64,000 nucleotides of DNA from Squalus acanthias. Taxonomy: Eukaryota. Within the stretch, counting starts at the first letter, position 1, and the number at the start of each line of letters is the position of its first letter. Position numbers and translations under genes: made by a program. The notes beneath the pieces were generated by a model. It searched no databases. It saw only the letters and a list, made by a program, of their open reading frames with translations, and was not told the origin of the DNA. Below are positions 49,801 to 62,815 of this stretch, piece by piece. The DNA lies in the NCBI GenBank assembly GCA_030390025.1, contig CM059432.1, forward strand, positions 134,480,001 through 134,544,000, given 5' to 3'.

Positions 49801-50975
49801 CTTTCGATAAGGTCCCGCATAAGAGATTAGCATGCAAAGTTAAAGCGCATGGGATTGGGGGTAAGGTACTGTCTTGGATAGAAAACTGGTTGGCAGACAG
49901 GAAGCAAAGAGTTGGAATAAACGGGTCTTTTTCCGAGTGGCAGGCAGTGACTAGTGGGGTACCGCAGGGATCAGTGCTAGGACCCCAGTTATTCACAATA
50001 TATATTAATGATCTAGACGAGGGAACTAGATGTAATATCTCCAAGTTTCCAGATGACACAAAGTTGGGTGGGCGTGTGTGCTGTGAGGAGGATGCAGAGA
50101 AACTCCAGTATGATTTGGACAGGTTGGGTGATTGGGCAGATGCATGGCGGATGCAGTATAATGTGGATAAATGCAAGGTTATCCACTTTGGTGGCAAAAA
50201 CAGAAAGGCAGATTATTATCTGAACGGCAATAGATTGGGAAAAGGGGATGTGCAACGAGACCTGGGTGTCCTTGTGCACCAGTCGCTGAAGGTAAGCATG
50301 CAGGTGCAGCAGGCAGTTAAGAAGGCAAATGGTATATTGGCCTTCATAGCGAGAGGATTCGAGTACAGGAGCAAGGATGTCTTGCTGCAGTTGTACAGGG
50401 CCTTGGTGAGACCACACCTTGAGTATTGTGTGCAGTTTTGGTCGCCTTATCTGAGGAAGGATGTTCTTGCCATGGAGGGAGTGCAGCGAAGATTCACCAG
50501 ACTGATACCTGGGATGGCAGGAATGACGTATGAAAGAGATTGGGTCGATTAGGCTTATATTCGCTAGAGTTTAGAAGAATGAGAGGGGATCTCATTGAAA
50601 CTTATAAAATTCTAACAGGACTAGACAGACTAGATGCAGGAAGGCTGTTCCCGATGGCGGGGGAGTCCAGAACCAGGGGTCACAGTCTAAGTATAAGGGG
50701 TAAGCCATTTAGGACTGAGATGAGGAGGAATTTCTTCACCCAGAGAGTGGTGAACCTGTGGAATTCTCTACCACACAAGGTAGTTGAGGCCAATTCATTA
50801 AATATATTCAGGAAGGAGTTAAATATATTTCTTAAGGCTAAGGGGATCAAGGGATATGGGGAGAAAGCAGGGACAGGGTACTGAATTTGGATGATCAGCC
50901 ACGATCGCATTGAATGGCGGAGCAGGCTCGAGGGGCCGAATGGCCTACTCCTGCTCCTATCTTCTATGTTTCTAT
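46890..50975 (+). mobile_element. Near full-length CR1 LINE: ORF1 intact, ORF2 disrupted
   Basis: ORF1 is followed by APE and RT fragments (48022-50884) with stops and frameshifts, then a CR1 tail. Confidence 0.95.
46952..47899 (+). CDS. CR1 ORF1 protein (zinc finger / coiled coil + SGNH esterase), 315 aa
   Basis: CxxC...CxxC, PLSNRY, IGDSI, CLPGA, HIGTND and DGLHL motifs. Confidence 0.88.
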   Translation: MAAQLGPMACSSCTMREIRDTSCVPDDHVCRKCIQLQLLADRIAALELRMDTYWSIRDAEDVVDITFKELVTPQVKAAQAGREWVSARQSSRHRQVVQGSPVAIPLSNRYTALDIVEEDGLSGEGSSNQLPGTMGGSAAQDGRKKSGRAIVIGDSILRAIDRRFCGCKRDSRMVCCLPGARVKDVSERLQGILEGEGEGVVVVHIGTNDIGKKQDEVLKADYRELGGKLKNSTSKVVISGLLPVPRTSHSRNRRIFQMNTWLEEWCKGEGFKFLGHWNWFWGRWDQYKLDGLHLGRTGTNVLGGVFASTVGEGLN

Positions 50976-52028
50976 GACAGGGTCAGGGTGGCGTTTCTGC
51001 AGCCGCGGCGGCACAAGTTAAAGGGCAGGTGTCGGGCGGCCATTTTTTTTGCCTAACTGCCAGCACCTGCCCCCTTCCCCTTTTTTCCTCGGGGTGCCGG
51101 CCGCGATCGCTCAGCCCAGCACTCCTCTTGAGTGCCGGGCTGCTTTCCCGGCACCCTGCTCCCTGGTGGTCCAGTAGGGCCCCGGTGTGTGCAGCCCTAG
51201 GCCCCTCCCCTTTAATCAGGGGAGGGAGGCCTGCAATACCGCAGCGCTACGTGCCGACGTGCCTGACGCTGTTGCACATAGTGCCACGATATTCAGTTGT
51301 AGCGCCCCAGGAAGGAGGTGGAGTGCTTCCAGTTGCGCCCCGCCTCCTGCTTGGGGCGCTACCACTGAATTTATGGCGCAGGGGCGCTAACTTTTTCGGG
51401 GCGCTAAAAGAAGTTAGCACCCCAAAGGGGGCGCCACCGAATTTCTCCCCCTTGGTTTCAATCGTCTTTGAATGATGAAACAATCAGTTGTGTTACGAAA
51501 TTATTCATCAGGCGAATATCTATCCCTCACCTCCCAAATTAATTTGCTCTTCCAACCTTGACAGCTTTCTGGAACTTGTCAGCTTTTTGCCTATGAAAAT
51601 TAAATAGATCAACTATAACATCCTATCTGTTGAAATCACTATTCTTGGTGAGTTCAGTGTTCACCATCAGCAATAGCTTAGCCTTTCTTCTACTGATGAG
51701 GCTGAAGTTTATTGATATTCTGAATGACATCAAACAGCACATCAATCAGCCTCCCCTATCCCTCATTGTCCGAGTTGTTCAGCTAGACCTCACTTCCAAA
51801 CCCAATTCTTACACTATATCCATCTTCACATTGATGAGCTGTTCTGAGCACTGTCTTATATTTGCCTCTGGCAGAATACCCTGCAAGAAATCACATTCTG
51901 CAAACCAATCCAAACACTTTTAAAGAAGTCACCATTGGATGACCTCCTACCAAAGCTATTGGCTACTTGGTTCCTTTCTTTGTTCCATCGGTCCTTGCTT
52001 GCCTTTCTCTGTATTAAGATTGCTATGA

Positions 52029-52457
52029 TGGCAACACGGTGGCATAGTGGTTAGCACTGGTGCCTCACAGCGCCAGAGACCCGGGTTCGAATCTGACCTC
52101 GGGTGACTGTCTGTGTGGAGTTTGCACATTCTCCCCGTGTCTGCGTGGGTTTCCTCCGGGTGCTCCGGTTTCCTCCCACAGTCCAAAAATGTGTGGGTTA
52201 GGTTGATTTGGCTATGATAAATTGACCCTTAGTGTTAGGGGGGATTAAATATGTGGGGTTATGGGGATAGGATGGGATATGTTAGGGGGAATTAAATACG
52301 TGGGGTTACGGGGGTAGGGTGGGATATGTGTACTGTGGGGATTAAAGCAGGGACAGGGTACTGGATTTGGATGATCAGCCATGATCGTATTGAATGGCGG
52401 AGCAGGCTCGACGGGCCGAATGGCCTACTCCTGCTCCTAGATTCTATGTTTCTATGA
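52029..52457 (+). mobile_element. V-SINE, HE1-like, with a CR1-derived 3' tail
   Basis: tRNA head (tggcatagtgg, ggttcgaatc), V-domain gggtttcctccgggtgctccggtttcctccca, and a tail nearly identical to the CR1 end at 50870-50975. Confidence 0.9.
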
Positions 52458-52503
52458 TCAGTGCTCCTCTGAATGTTCCTGTCTTGTTCTTTTGAAACTC
52501 AAT

Positions 52504-53253
52504 GGGGAAGATATTGAGTCGTGCCCCCTTTGGGGCGCTAACTTCGCTGGGGTGCTACTTTTAGCACCCCGGGAAAATTAGCGCCCCCACGGCTGAAATT
52601 GAGTGGTAGCGCCCCAAGAAGGAAGCGGGGCGCTACTAGAAGTGCCCTGCCTCTCTCTTGGGGCGCTGCGCCGCGGTATTGCAGGCCTTTCTCCCCTTCT
52701 TAAAGGGGCGGGTCCTTGCGCAGAGCGACCCGGGGCCCAGCTGGGCCACCGGGGATCAGAGTGCCGGCAAAAGAGCCCGGCACTCAAGAGAAGTGCCGGG
52801 CTCATGGAGCGTAGCTGGCACTCCGCGGGGGGGCGGGTCAGGAGGCCGGGGATGGGAGCAGAGGCAAGTGCTGGCAGGGGACCAGCAACAAAAATGGCCA
52901 CCCGGCACCTCGCCTTTAAATAGTGCCGCCCCGGCCGCAGGTAGGTCCCCCTGACCCCGTTGGACATAGCGTCTAGCGGTAAGTCAGAGGGCACTACCGA
53001 AGATCGCGGCCAGGGCGCGAGCGGGGCGCTGTGCACGGCGATGACGTCAGCGCCACAGGGCGCTAACGGTCAGCGCCACAGGGCGCTAACAGTCAGCGCC
53101 ACAGGGCGCTAACGGTTAGCGCCGCCGCTAACCTCCCACTGAATTTCACGGGAGGCATTGGCAGCGCCACGCCCGGGCACTAGTTGCTTTGCGCCCCGTT
53201 AGCGCCCTCTTAGGGCGCCAACGGGAGGCGCAAAGCAACCGAATTTTTCCCCC
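52504..53253. mobile_element. Harbinger-type MITE in reverse orientation
   Basis: Reverse-complement homolog of 27336-28006. Contains a 22-bp tandem repeat, 3 copies, at about 53046-53112. Confidence 0.8.
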
Positions 53254-54129
53254 TAAATACATCATCCTCTTGCTCCTGCCTAAATTCTCAGTGTGTGGAA
53301 ATTGAGATCTGTCAGTCTCCTGTTCCAATTTATTCTTCTCTAGTACCGTAAACCTGTGGAAGTCCTAACCTTCCTCAGCCTCTCCTTCATCCTACAATCT
53401 TTATGCTTTAATATCTAAGTTTGGTGTTAGCTAATCACGACTTCCTGCTTCACCTTGTTTGCTCTTCTCCTGTTTATGATTTGGTGGTGTCCTGCACTGT
53501 GGGCCTTGGCTCTTCACCCTGGTTTCTCAATATGTAAAAATAAAAGAGATGATGATCAGAAGGGACAAATAACAGTCGATATCGGAAACTCAGTGAGACT
53601 TACAAAATATAGACGGAGGCAGTAAAAGCAGAGGAAGTGAATGCTCTGCTTGGAAAGTGTCAACTAAAACAAGCTAGTGTTAAAACAAATAATGCACAGC
53701 TTTGTGAAAAGGATATAAACACACTGAGAAGAGAAGATGATAGGAAACACATCAGCATGACACCAGCTAAACAGACGCATCATTTTGGCTGAAAAGTAAG
53801 GCATGCAATAAAAAAGCTAAAGGAGAGAGAAGCTTTAATTGTTGATAGCAGAGCAACTGATTAAAGCAAGCAATGTCCCAGGTGAGACCATGTTCAGAAG
53901 ACACAAGAATGGCTAAATGACCATACTGGAATTCATCATCTTGCCAAAGCAAAAGATGTGACAAAAAGCAACAATTATTGAAGAATTAATTTGATTAGTT
54001 ACACAAACAAAATTCTGCTCAATGTAATACTGGGAAGGGAGCGAGTAAAGAGGGTTCGGACAGGGGAGAGAGAAGAGACCCGACTGCATGTCGGCAGCTA
54101 CTAATCAAAACCAACTCATTCTGTATTTT

Positions 54130-54285
54130 TAAGCTAACTCCTTCGGTTCCACTGCCCTCCTAGTGGCATCATCTGCAAATGTGATTAATTTGCACAGAGT
54201 TTCTGAATCCAAGTCATTGATATAAATGAGAAACAATAGGAGACTCAACACTGAGCCCTGGGGCACTCCAACTGTGCTTTCCCCT
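54130..54285 (-). mobile_element. CR1 RT fragment
   Basis: [18 protein letters not shown]. Confidence 0.7.
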
Positions 54286-54446
54286 ACCCTATGCAGCCAG
54301 CAGGTGTTTTGACGCGTTGGACCCCCTGGGACACATCTCATTGTCTTGGCTGTGCTCTTAGTGTGTCTTTGATGTAGGGAAAGATTTAATCTATGCATTT
54401 TCTCTGTGTTTATATTCTGTGAATTCTGATAGATTCTCTCACAGTA

Positions 54447-54573
54447 ACTTTACCTGACGAAGGGGCGACAGCTCCGAAAGCTTGTAATTTTAAATAAATC
54501 TGTTGGACTATAACCTGGTGTTGTGCGACTTCTCATTTTTGTCCACCCCAGTCCAACGCCGGCATCTCCGCAT
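54447..54573 (+). mobile_element. Penelope pLTR + tail fragment with a hammerhead (54450-54487)
   Basis: Homolog of 36326-36455: TTAC-CTGACGA-A-GGGGC-gaca-GCTCC-GAAA-GCTT-GTAA. Confidence 0.8.
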
Positions 54574-54769
54574 TCCCCTACCCTGACACTCTAACAAGCA
54601 CCTGCTGTTTCCGACCCTTCAGACAATTTCTTATCCATTCTCAAGATTTATCCTAGATCTCCGCAGCTTTGAGTTGAAACAATGGTCCATCAAGTCTGTG
54701 CCTTGTGTTTTTTAACACGTGACCCTCCGTTTCCAATCCCATTTGATTGTTTGCTCCTCAAAGCATTTA

Positions 54770-55720
54770 ACATTTCAAGCAACTATCTAATTCCCTTTTA
54801 AAAGGATTTATAGACTCTTTAACAGTTTGTAACAAGAGAATTCCACATTCTCACCACCTCTGTGTAAAGATGTTTTTTTCTAACCTCCCTTTTCATTCTT
54901 TGTGATTATCATACATTTTTGCCCTCTGATTATCATCTCGTCAACCAGTAGAAACAATCGATCACTATTAGCCTCATCATAATTCTTCATAATCTTGAAG
55001 ACCTCTATCAGGTGAACTTGTAACCCTCTCAGCTCTAGTGAAAATGCCTCATATCTCTCTACATAACTAAGCCCTCATCCATTGTCACATATTTTCCATT
55101 GCTTTGATACCCAAAACTGCATACAATACTCCAACTGTGGCGTAACTATGGTTTTGTACAAGTTCACATTATCTCCTTGCTTATGTATTCTATGCCTCTA
55201 GTAACAAAACCAAAGATTTTGTTGGCCTTTTTGTGGCCTTTATCTACTTGTGTTGCTACTTTAATAGCTGTTCCTCTAAGCCATTTTAAAATGTTACCAT
55301 TTAAGGTGTATTTCCTTTGTCTATCCTTATTCCCAGAATGTATTACTTCACATTTTTCTGCATTGAATTACATCTGTCATCTATCTACCCATCCTGCAAC
55401 CTGTTTATATCCTCCAGCTTTTCACAATCTACACACAAATTGCAATACCAAGCAATTTGGCATCTTCAGCAAATCTGGGTATTGTTCTCCAAATTCCTAA
55501 GTCCAGACCATTTATACATATAATAATTAAGAGTGGTCCCAACACAGACACTTGTGGAACATCACACACCACATCCTTCCAGTCCGAGAAACTTCCTTTT
55601 TCTCCTTCCTTTGCTTTCTGCACTCCAACCATCTCTTTCCATGTGGTTACATTCCTTTTACTTCTATATACCACTACCTTTGCTACATGTCTCTTACGTG
55701 GTGCCTCATCAAATATGTAA
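54770..55720 (-). mobile_element. Degraded CR1
   Basis: Eroded RT and C-terminal motifs (DVPQVSVLGPLL, FAED). Confidence 0.7.
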
Positions 55721-56184
55721 ATTATTTTGTTATATCCTAATGGCCATTTCAATTTTGGGTTCCTGCACTGATCGAACATGTGTTAAAATAGAAAAGTGAG
55801 ATGCTGTCACCGACATCAGTGTTGAACTGAACAATCATAAAAGGTTCTTTCAGCGGCATGCTGCACTCCCTTCTATATCATTTATCTCTTACATCAATTC
55901 AGTCCTTCATTTCACCTGGATGGTTAACCACTTTCTTGAAATGACAGCGATGTGCTGTACAATCTTGTGCAAAATTTAGATTCTAAATTGCTATGTGCTG
56001 GAAAGGCAGTATACTGCTCAAGTCAAGGAGTATGTCACAGCCGATCATGTTGGATAATTGTGAAACCAGTATATGGCAAGAATTTTAAGATGTTAAATAA
56101 ATGAAAGTAAGGTTAAATACATTTTTCATACAGGTATCTGCCAATTTGCAAGGGAACAGTCATCATTATGTTGTTTGAGTAAAA

Positions 56185-56460
56185 GAAGAAAGACTTGCAT
56201 TTATATAGTGCCTTTCATGACCTTTGGACATCCCAAAGTGCTTTATAGCCAATTAAGTACATTTGAAGCGTAGTTACTGCTGTAATGTAGGAAATGCGGC
56301 AGCCAATTTGTGCACAGCAAGGTTCCACAAAACAGCAATGTGATAATGACCAGATAATTTGTTTTTTTAGTGATGTTTAATGAGTGATAAATATTGGCCA
56401 GGACACCGGGGATAATTCCCCTGCTCTTCTTTGAAATAGTGCCATGGGATCTTTTACGTA
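56185..56460 (-). mobile_element. SacSINE1-like SINE, 3' half
   Basis: Reverse complement of about 40960-41230. Confidence 0.75.
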
Positions 56461-56702
56461 TTCCATTAATAGTTATAGACACAGGTACTTTATTACAATA
56501 TGAGTAAATTAAAATGATAAATTTGATTCTTGCACTGCATTGAGCTGAATGGGCTTTCCCCTTGTGTTGCTATCTGTGTACTTTGATTCTCTGCAGGATA
56601 TCTCAAAAGTCAATACCACAATTGTTTTCTGGTATTTTTTATTCACTCTGGATTATTAAGGTGACTTTGTTGAAGTTAAATGGCACCATCTCCATTTAAA
56701 AC

Positions 56703-57425
56703 TGTCAGCCGTGGCTCAGTGGGTATCACTCTCGCCTCTGAGTCAGGAGGTTGCGGATTCAAGTCCCACTCCAGAGACTTGAGCACAAAACTCTAGGTTG
56801 ACACTCCATTGAAGTGCTGAGGGAGTGCTGCACTGTCAAATATGCCATCTTTTGGATGAGATGTTAAACTGAGATGTCTGCTCTCTCAGGTGGACGTAAA
56901 AGATCTCATGGCACTATTTCGAAGAAGAGCAGGGGAGTTATCCTCAGTGTCCTGGCCAATACTTATCCCTCAATCAACGTCACTAAAAAACAGATTATCT
57001 GATCATTATCACATTTTATTTTATTCGTTTATGGGATGTGGGCGTCGCTGGCAGGGCCAGCATTTATTGCCCATCCCTAGTTGCCCTTGAGAAGGTGGTG
57101 GTGAGCCGCCTTCTTGAACCGCTGCAGTCCGTGTGGTGAAGGTTCACCCACAGTGCTGTTAGGCAGGGAGTTCCAGGATTTTGACCCAATGACGATGAAG
57201 GATCAGCGATATACTTCTAAGTCAGGGTAGTGTGTGACTTGGAGGGGAACTTGGAGGTGGTGGTGTTCCCATTGCTGTTTGTGGGAGCTTGCTGTGCGCA
57301 ACTGGCTGCCGCGTTTCCCACATTATAACAGTGACTACACTTCAAAAGCACCTCATTGGCTGTAAAGCATTTTGGGACGTCCTGAGGTCGTGAAAGGTGC
57401 TATATAAATGCAAGTTTGTCTTTTC
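56703..57425 (+). mobile_element. SacSINE1-like SINE containing a minus-strand LINE 3' fragment at about 57017-57270
   Basis: Aligns with 40766-41230 on both sides of the insert. The insert matches 58630-58820 in reverse. Confidence 0.8.
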
Positions 57426-58624
57426 TTAAAAAAAACACATCTGGCAAACCATTTTTTAAATCCTGTTTACACAAGGGCTTAATTTGGTTTGGGCGGTCGT
57501 GACCTCCTCGTAAAAAAAAATTAATCTAGCACTCCTGAAATAAAAACACGATATGCTAGACATTCACAACTGATCGCTCGGCATCTTGCCGAGGAAAGGT
57601 GACTTGGAATTACGGAAGTATCCCTGACAACAAGCCTGCAGTTCTCCCTCCATCCACTGCGCCCTGCAGCATAAACTCCCCAGTGTGCATGACTGGCCGA
57701 TAACCAATGTGCCATTGAGTTAAGGCTCCCGGTTTCAATAATATTTAAAGTGGGGGGCCAGCCCTGCAGGTTGGCACTCTGAGTCTCGGTATTGTACAGG
57801 TGCGGTTCAGTAGCACCTCATATACGGAGCGGAGCGACACACTGGAGCCACTTTCCCCTAGAGCGGGTCAAAGAAGATAAACAGTTCGGCAATGACCCTT
57901 CATTGAGACTGTCGTGATGTGACTGCAGGAAGCCCCTTATATAAGACTACAAGGCCAGATCAGGACACGCCCAAGGAAGCCAAAAGGGGCTTAGAATACC
58001 GGAAAGAGGATTAATAACTCAATCGACTATTACACATGTTAGCTGTGAAAGTAATGAATATATTTGAACTCTTTGGTCTCTACCTGTGGTTCATCCATTC
58101 CTTTCTTGGGCATGTGCTGATCTGTCCTCTTAACTTCTATGTTAAGAGCTTTCACAGACTAATGTGCTAATTCTGTTAAACATAGAGTAACCCAGCTTTC
58201 TCCTTTAGATGCTAATTAAGCCGCCACGCATTTCGAGCATTTCTGTTCTTTTTAACAACGGTCTATTATTCTTTTTATCTCAACCACTTTTTTCCTCCTT
58301 CTGCCTTCCCAAATCATTTTTGTCCTGCCATGAAGGCGGTCTACTTTTAACGAATGTAATTGTCATTATTGATGCTGGATGGCCTAATTAATTTTATTTA
58401 GGAGATAAATGGGCTGAGTCACTGCAAGATTGCCTTCACAACCTGTGAAAAATACTGACTCCAACAGGGTATAAAAATCGTTCTCAATGCATCTAACCAA
58501 GGTTCTGACTGGCTGCCACCTCACCTGCACACACAAGAAAATCTGTAGAACTTCAGACCATCAGCTCAGCGGCAGCAGAGTCCAATGACTGGAGATTCTG
58601 TATCAGTTCCATTTCGCTTGATTT

Positions 58625-58820
58625 GCCAGTAATAGTGCGACGTTCCTTCATCAACTGGGTCACAATCCTGGAACTCCCTCCCCAACCGCACTGTGGGAGC
58701 AGCTTCACCACACGGACTGCAGCGGTTCAAGAAGGCAGCTCACCACCACCTTCTCGTGGGCAATTAGGGATGGGCAATAAATGCTGGCCTTGTCAGCGAC
58801 ACCCACATCCCAGGAACTAA
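58625..58820 (+). mobile_element. LINE 3' end (CR1/L2 group)
   Basis: WNSLP motif followed by gcagctcaccaccaccttctc..aataaatgctggcc. Confidence 0.65.
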
Positions 58821-60510
58821 TAACTGACCGCCCCATCTCACATGCAAACTGAAGGCGTTGTGCCAAACAAGAATGAAGCGGAGAAACTGCAAGCGGAACA
58901 TTCAGTATCTGCTCGGCATCAGTTTAGTTTGATCAGAAGACATCAAAGCAATTCATTGATTTCCCTCCATGGTGCAATTGATATAAAGTGCACGGGTTGC
59001 CAAAGGGTTAAGCAAAGACGAAGTACAAAGTCTCTGAAAGTAAGTTCAGACTGTGCATGTCAAGGTTGCAGTGATCCAAATGAATCAGCTGCAGACGGCC
59101 GGGTGACAGATTTGGACCAGAATCGGAACAGTGTCTCAGTGCACATTAAAGTCATGTTGTACTTGACGGGATTTATTGCCATCATTTACAGGGAAAACAT
59201 GCCCAATGCCTCCATCCTTGTTAAATTGATCAGACTAATGTCCTGTGACATTCGTGGTTAAATCATTGACTTTATTACGTGTTGCCCCGAAACTGGTTTA
59301 GCAACACTTGCTGAATTATGGGATATTTCCGAAAGGACCAGTACTTGACATAAAATATCACTGTACTGTGAGTGAAGCGATGAGAGGTCCCAACTCCCCG
59401 CTGGAAGCGGAGGGCGCACTTTCAGCGACCGTCAATTTCAAGTCAATTTCAAAAGCAAATAAAAAAACTAAAACCCGACCACCCAATCGTTTTATGGATC
59501 GGCTGAATCCTTGTAATATACCGCCCCGCGACACGTCCAACCTGGAACAGAATAGGTGTTACAAGAATGAAATGAAGCCAAACTCACTTGGCTCTAAACA
59601 TAATCAAATTAATTTAAAGCCTCTCTCTCCACCACCCCCTCCCCCCCACTCCCACCCCGCTCCAGGCGTTTCTGGTTAATCTCCTGCTCCTCCCCAACAC
59701 ACTGAAACAGAGCGAAACCGTCCAGAAAAAAAGAGCCAATTAATGCTGAATTTGCAAGATACGACGATACGTTATACACACAACGTCCTACATATCAGTA
59801 TAATCACAGCAGTAAATGAAGTCCTGCGACTTTAATCTGGGTCAGAAAGTGTGAAAAGAACCTGTCGTCAGATTCCTCGATAGTTTTGTGATTTAATGCA
59901 GATTTTGCAACAGCGGTGACATTGATAAATGCGAAGGAAATCAAGGGCCTCTTCGGCGCTACAAATCGACTTATCAACTTTCGCGTAAGACATAAATCAT
60001 TCCTCTACCCCGTCCCCGTCCCCCCCTCCCTCATCACGGCGGTGTTACCGTTACAAAAAGCGAAGTGCAAAAGTAGTTAAGCATCGCCATCAAGGGCAAT
60101 TCCATTTAAAACCATCATCCTCGACTGTTTCACTGTATCCCAGTCAGGTCCATTTAAATTCCTTTGCCTACTGCTGTTAATGGGCTTTCTGCAAATCTCT
60201 TGTACATTAACCATTCACTGCTGCCCACGGAGGTCATCCTATCTTCGTATGTATTTTCAGTAAGTGCTTCTAATGCATAAGGCAGCTTCCTAACTGTGCT
60301 GTTGACTCAAACTGTTGCAACTTTACTTTAGAGATGATTCTAGTGCAAAATAATAGTGTCTGGGAACAATGATGCATCTGATACTCATTCCTAATAAGGG
60401 AATTTTACGACCACAAAAATAACTTGTCGCACAGAAAGAAGTACTGGTCCATAAGTAACCTCCAAGTCTTGGTCTCTCTTTACTCTGGCAAGATAGTTCG
60501 ATAACTTAAG

Positions 60511-60777
60511 TATGGTTACCGATACCAATCCTCCGGGATTGGCCTGGAGTCTCCAGGAATTGAAGATTAATCTCCTGGACACGGCTGCGAGCAACCCGGG
60601 AGAAAAATCATAAAGGCATTAAAAGAAATTGTGTTTTTTTTTTCACTTCTCCTTAATTAGTTATGGAAATATTGCAGCTGGGGATAAAAGACTGTTTGGC
60701 CGGGCTGTGCGGTTGGAGATGAGAGTTCGTGTGATGAAAGCTCCAGGAATATATCCAAGCGGAAATGGCAACTCTAA
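60511..60777. mobile_element. hAT-type MITE
   Basis: TIR-like TATGGTTACC and GGCAACTCTA, with 8-bp flanks AACTTAAG/AAGTTATG (6/8 match). Confidence 0.5.
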
Positions 60778-60884
60778 AGTTATGGCAGACACAGTCAACA
60801 TGCATTTCTTTTCTTCGTAAAATTTACATGCCATTGGTCCCACACTTACTGACTTACTCAGCGTATGGTCCAATCACATATTAC

Positions 60885-61997
60885 CTCCAGGAAGCACATA
60901 GTATTAAAGGGTCGGTGGTAACTTGGGGATGTAATTGGCTAAGGGATAGCAGTAATGAGTCGTAGTGAATGGATGTTTTTCTAACTAGAGGGAAGAGTGC
61001 ATTGGGGTCCCCCAGGGGTTGGTATTAGGACCATTGTTTTTCTTGTTATATATAAGTGACCTGGACTTGGGTATAGGGAGTACAATTTTGCAGTTTGCAG
61101 ATGATACAAAACTTGGCAACGTAGTAAATAGTGAACAGAATAGTTAGTAGCAGGCTTCAGGAGGAATAGATAGACTGGTGAAATGGCTAGACACATGGCA
61201 GATGCAATTTAATGCAGACAAGCGTGAAGTGATACACTTTAGGAGAAACAACACGGAGAGGCAGTATAATCTAAATGGTACTATTTTGTGGGGGGGGTGC
61301 AAAAGCAGAAGGATCTGGGGGCTGCGTATTCACGAATCTTTGAAGGTGGCAGGGCAAGTTGATGAGGTGGTTAAGAAAGCAAATGGGATACTTGGCTTAG
61401 TAAATAGGAGCATTAATTACAAAAACAAGGAAGTCATGCTAAACTTTTACAAATCTCTGGTTAGGCCTCAACTGGAGTATTTTGTCCAATTCTGGTCACC
61501 ACACTTTAGGAAGGATGTCCAGGCTCTGGAGAGGGTGCAGAAGAGGTTTACCAGGATGATACTAGGGATAAGGGACTTTTATGTGGAGAGTTTGGAGAAG
61601 CTGGGATTGTTCGCCTTAGAGCAGAGAAGATTAAGAGGAAACCTAATAGAGATATTCAAAATTATGAGGAGTTTTGATAGAGCACGTAGGGAGAAATTGT
61701 TTCCTCTGGCAAGTGGGTTGGTAACCAGAGTCCATAGATTTAAAATAATTGGCTAAAAAGCTAGAGGGGAAATGAGGAGAATATTTTTTTCACCCAGAGG
61801 GTTGTTAAGATCTGGAACGCACTATCTGAAAGGGTGGTGGAATCAGATCCCATAGGAACCTTCAAAACATAATTGAAGAGGACTAATTTTAGGGTTATGG
61901 GAAAAAAGCTGGGATTAAATTGGACAGCTCTTTCAAAGAGCCGACACAGACATGACTTGCCAAATAGCTTCCTTCTGTGCTGTAAGATTCCATGATT
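60885..61997 (+). mobile_element. CR1 3' fragment
   Basis: FADDTK and LVRPQLEYFVQFWSP motifs plus a CR1 tail. Confidence 0.88.
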
Positions 61998-62399
61998 TTA
62001 TACCTCAGCCCAAACATCCAGTTTTTACCCTGGTCGGCATGTGTCCTCAGTGTCAGGAGGGCTCTGAGCACTTCAGAGTTTTATCATCAAACAGATTCAT
62101 GTGAAATAGAATCAGAGATTCAAGAGATGAAGATCCCGCCCACATTTCTACAACCAGGCAGAATTCTGAAGTTTCCTTGTAGCCGTGCCTTCACTGATAA
62201 ACCAATATTTACCACCCCACATGTGCCATGAATTGTATAATACTGACAATTTCTATTGAAATTGTTTCTGAATAATGACATACTCCCAGCACACTACAAG
62301 GAAGCAAAAAAATTCCAGAGACAGAGAGAGCGATCAATTGAGCTGGCAAGATATAAATGAAAACTGCCTGAGATGAGGAATGAGCCAAACTGAGTGACA

Positions 62400-62515
62400 C
62401 TAGAAAGGAAAGCCAGCATTTATATAGCACCTTTCACAACCACAGGACGTTCCAAAGCTCTTTACAGCCAATGAAGCACTTCTGAAATGTAGCCACTGTT
62501 GTGACGTAGGAAATT
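62400..62515 (-). mobile_element. SacSINE1-like tail fragment
   Basis: Matches 56190-56300. Confidence 0.6.
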
Positions 62516-62699
62516 TGATCAGAACAGTGAAGATTTCAGTACAGTTGTTTTCATGCAATCATGTGGAGATGTAATATACACCGCGTCTGACAAGATCTCC
62601 ACATTTACAGGAGTAACTCTGCTTTCCTGCAATAGGCAAACTAACCATTGAAAAAAAATTGTTTATCAGATATCTATTTCAATTGGATTTACAATCGGA

Positions 62700-62815
62700 C
62701 CAAGAGCTGGAAAGTGGGATTAGGCTGGATAGCTCTTCTTTGGCCGGCACAGATACAATGTGCCAAATAGCCTCCTTCTGTGGCATAAATTTCGATGATT
62801 CTATTCTATGATTCT
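62700..62815 (+). mobile_element. CR1 3' tail
   Basis: Reverse complement of 13880-13985. Confidence 0.7.

Larger units (their letters stand above)
46655..51451. mobile_element. Harbinger-type MITE split by a CR1 (MITE parts 46655 to about 46889 and 50976-51451)
   Basis: TIRs and TSD TTG. The joined halves align to 27336-28006. Confidence 0.8.

Noticed and set aside
52029..52110. tRNA gene (also at 40766 and 56703)
   Set aside because: These are tRNA-derived SINE heads followed by SINE bodies.
57495..58040. Possible solo LTR (likewise 63860-64000)
   Set aside because: TATA-like and terminal motifs are suggestive, but I found no TSD or partner, so it is not supportable.
58842..59679. 139-aa and 123-aa ORFs in unique DNA
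   Set aside because: No recognisable domain or convincing exon boundaries.
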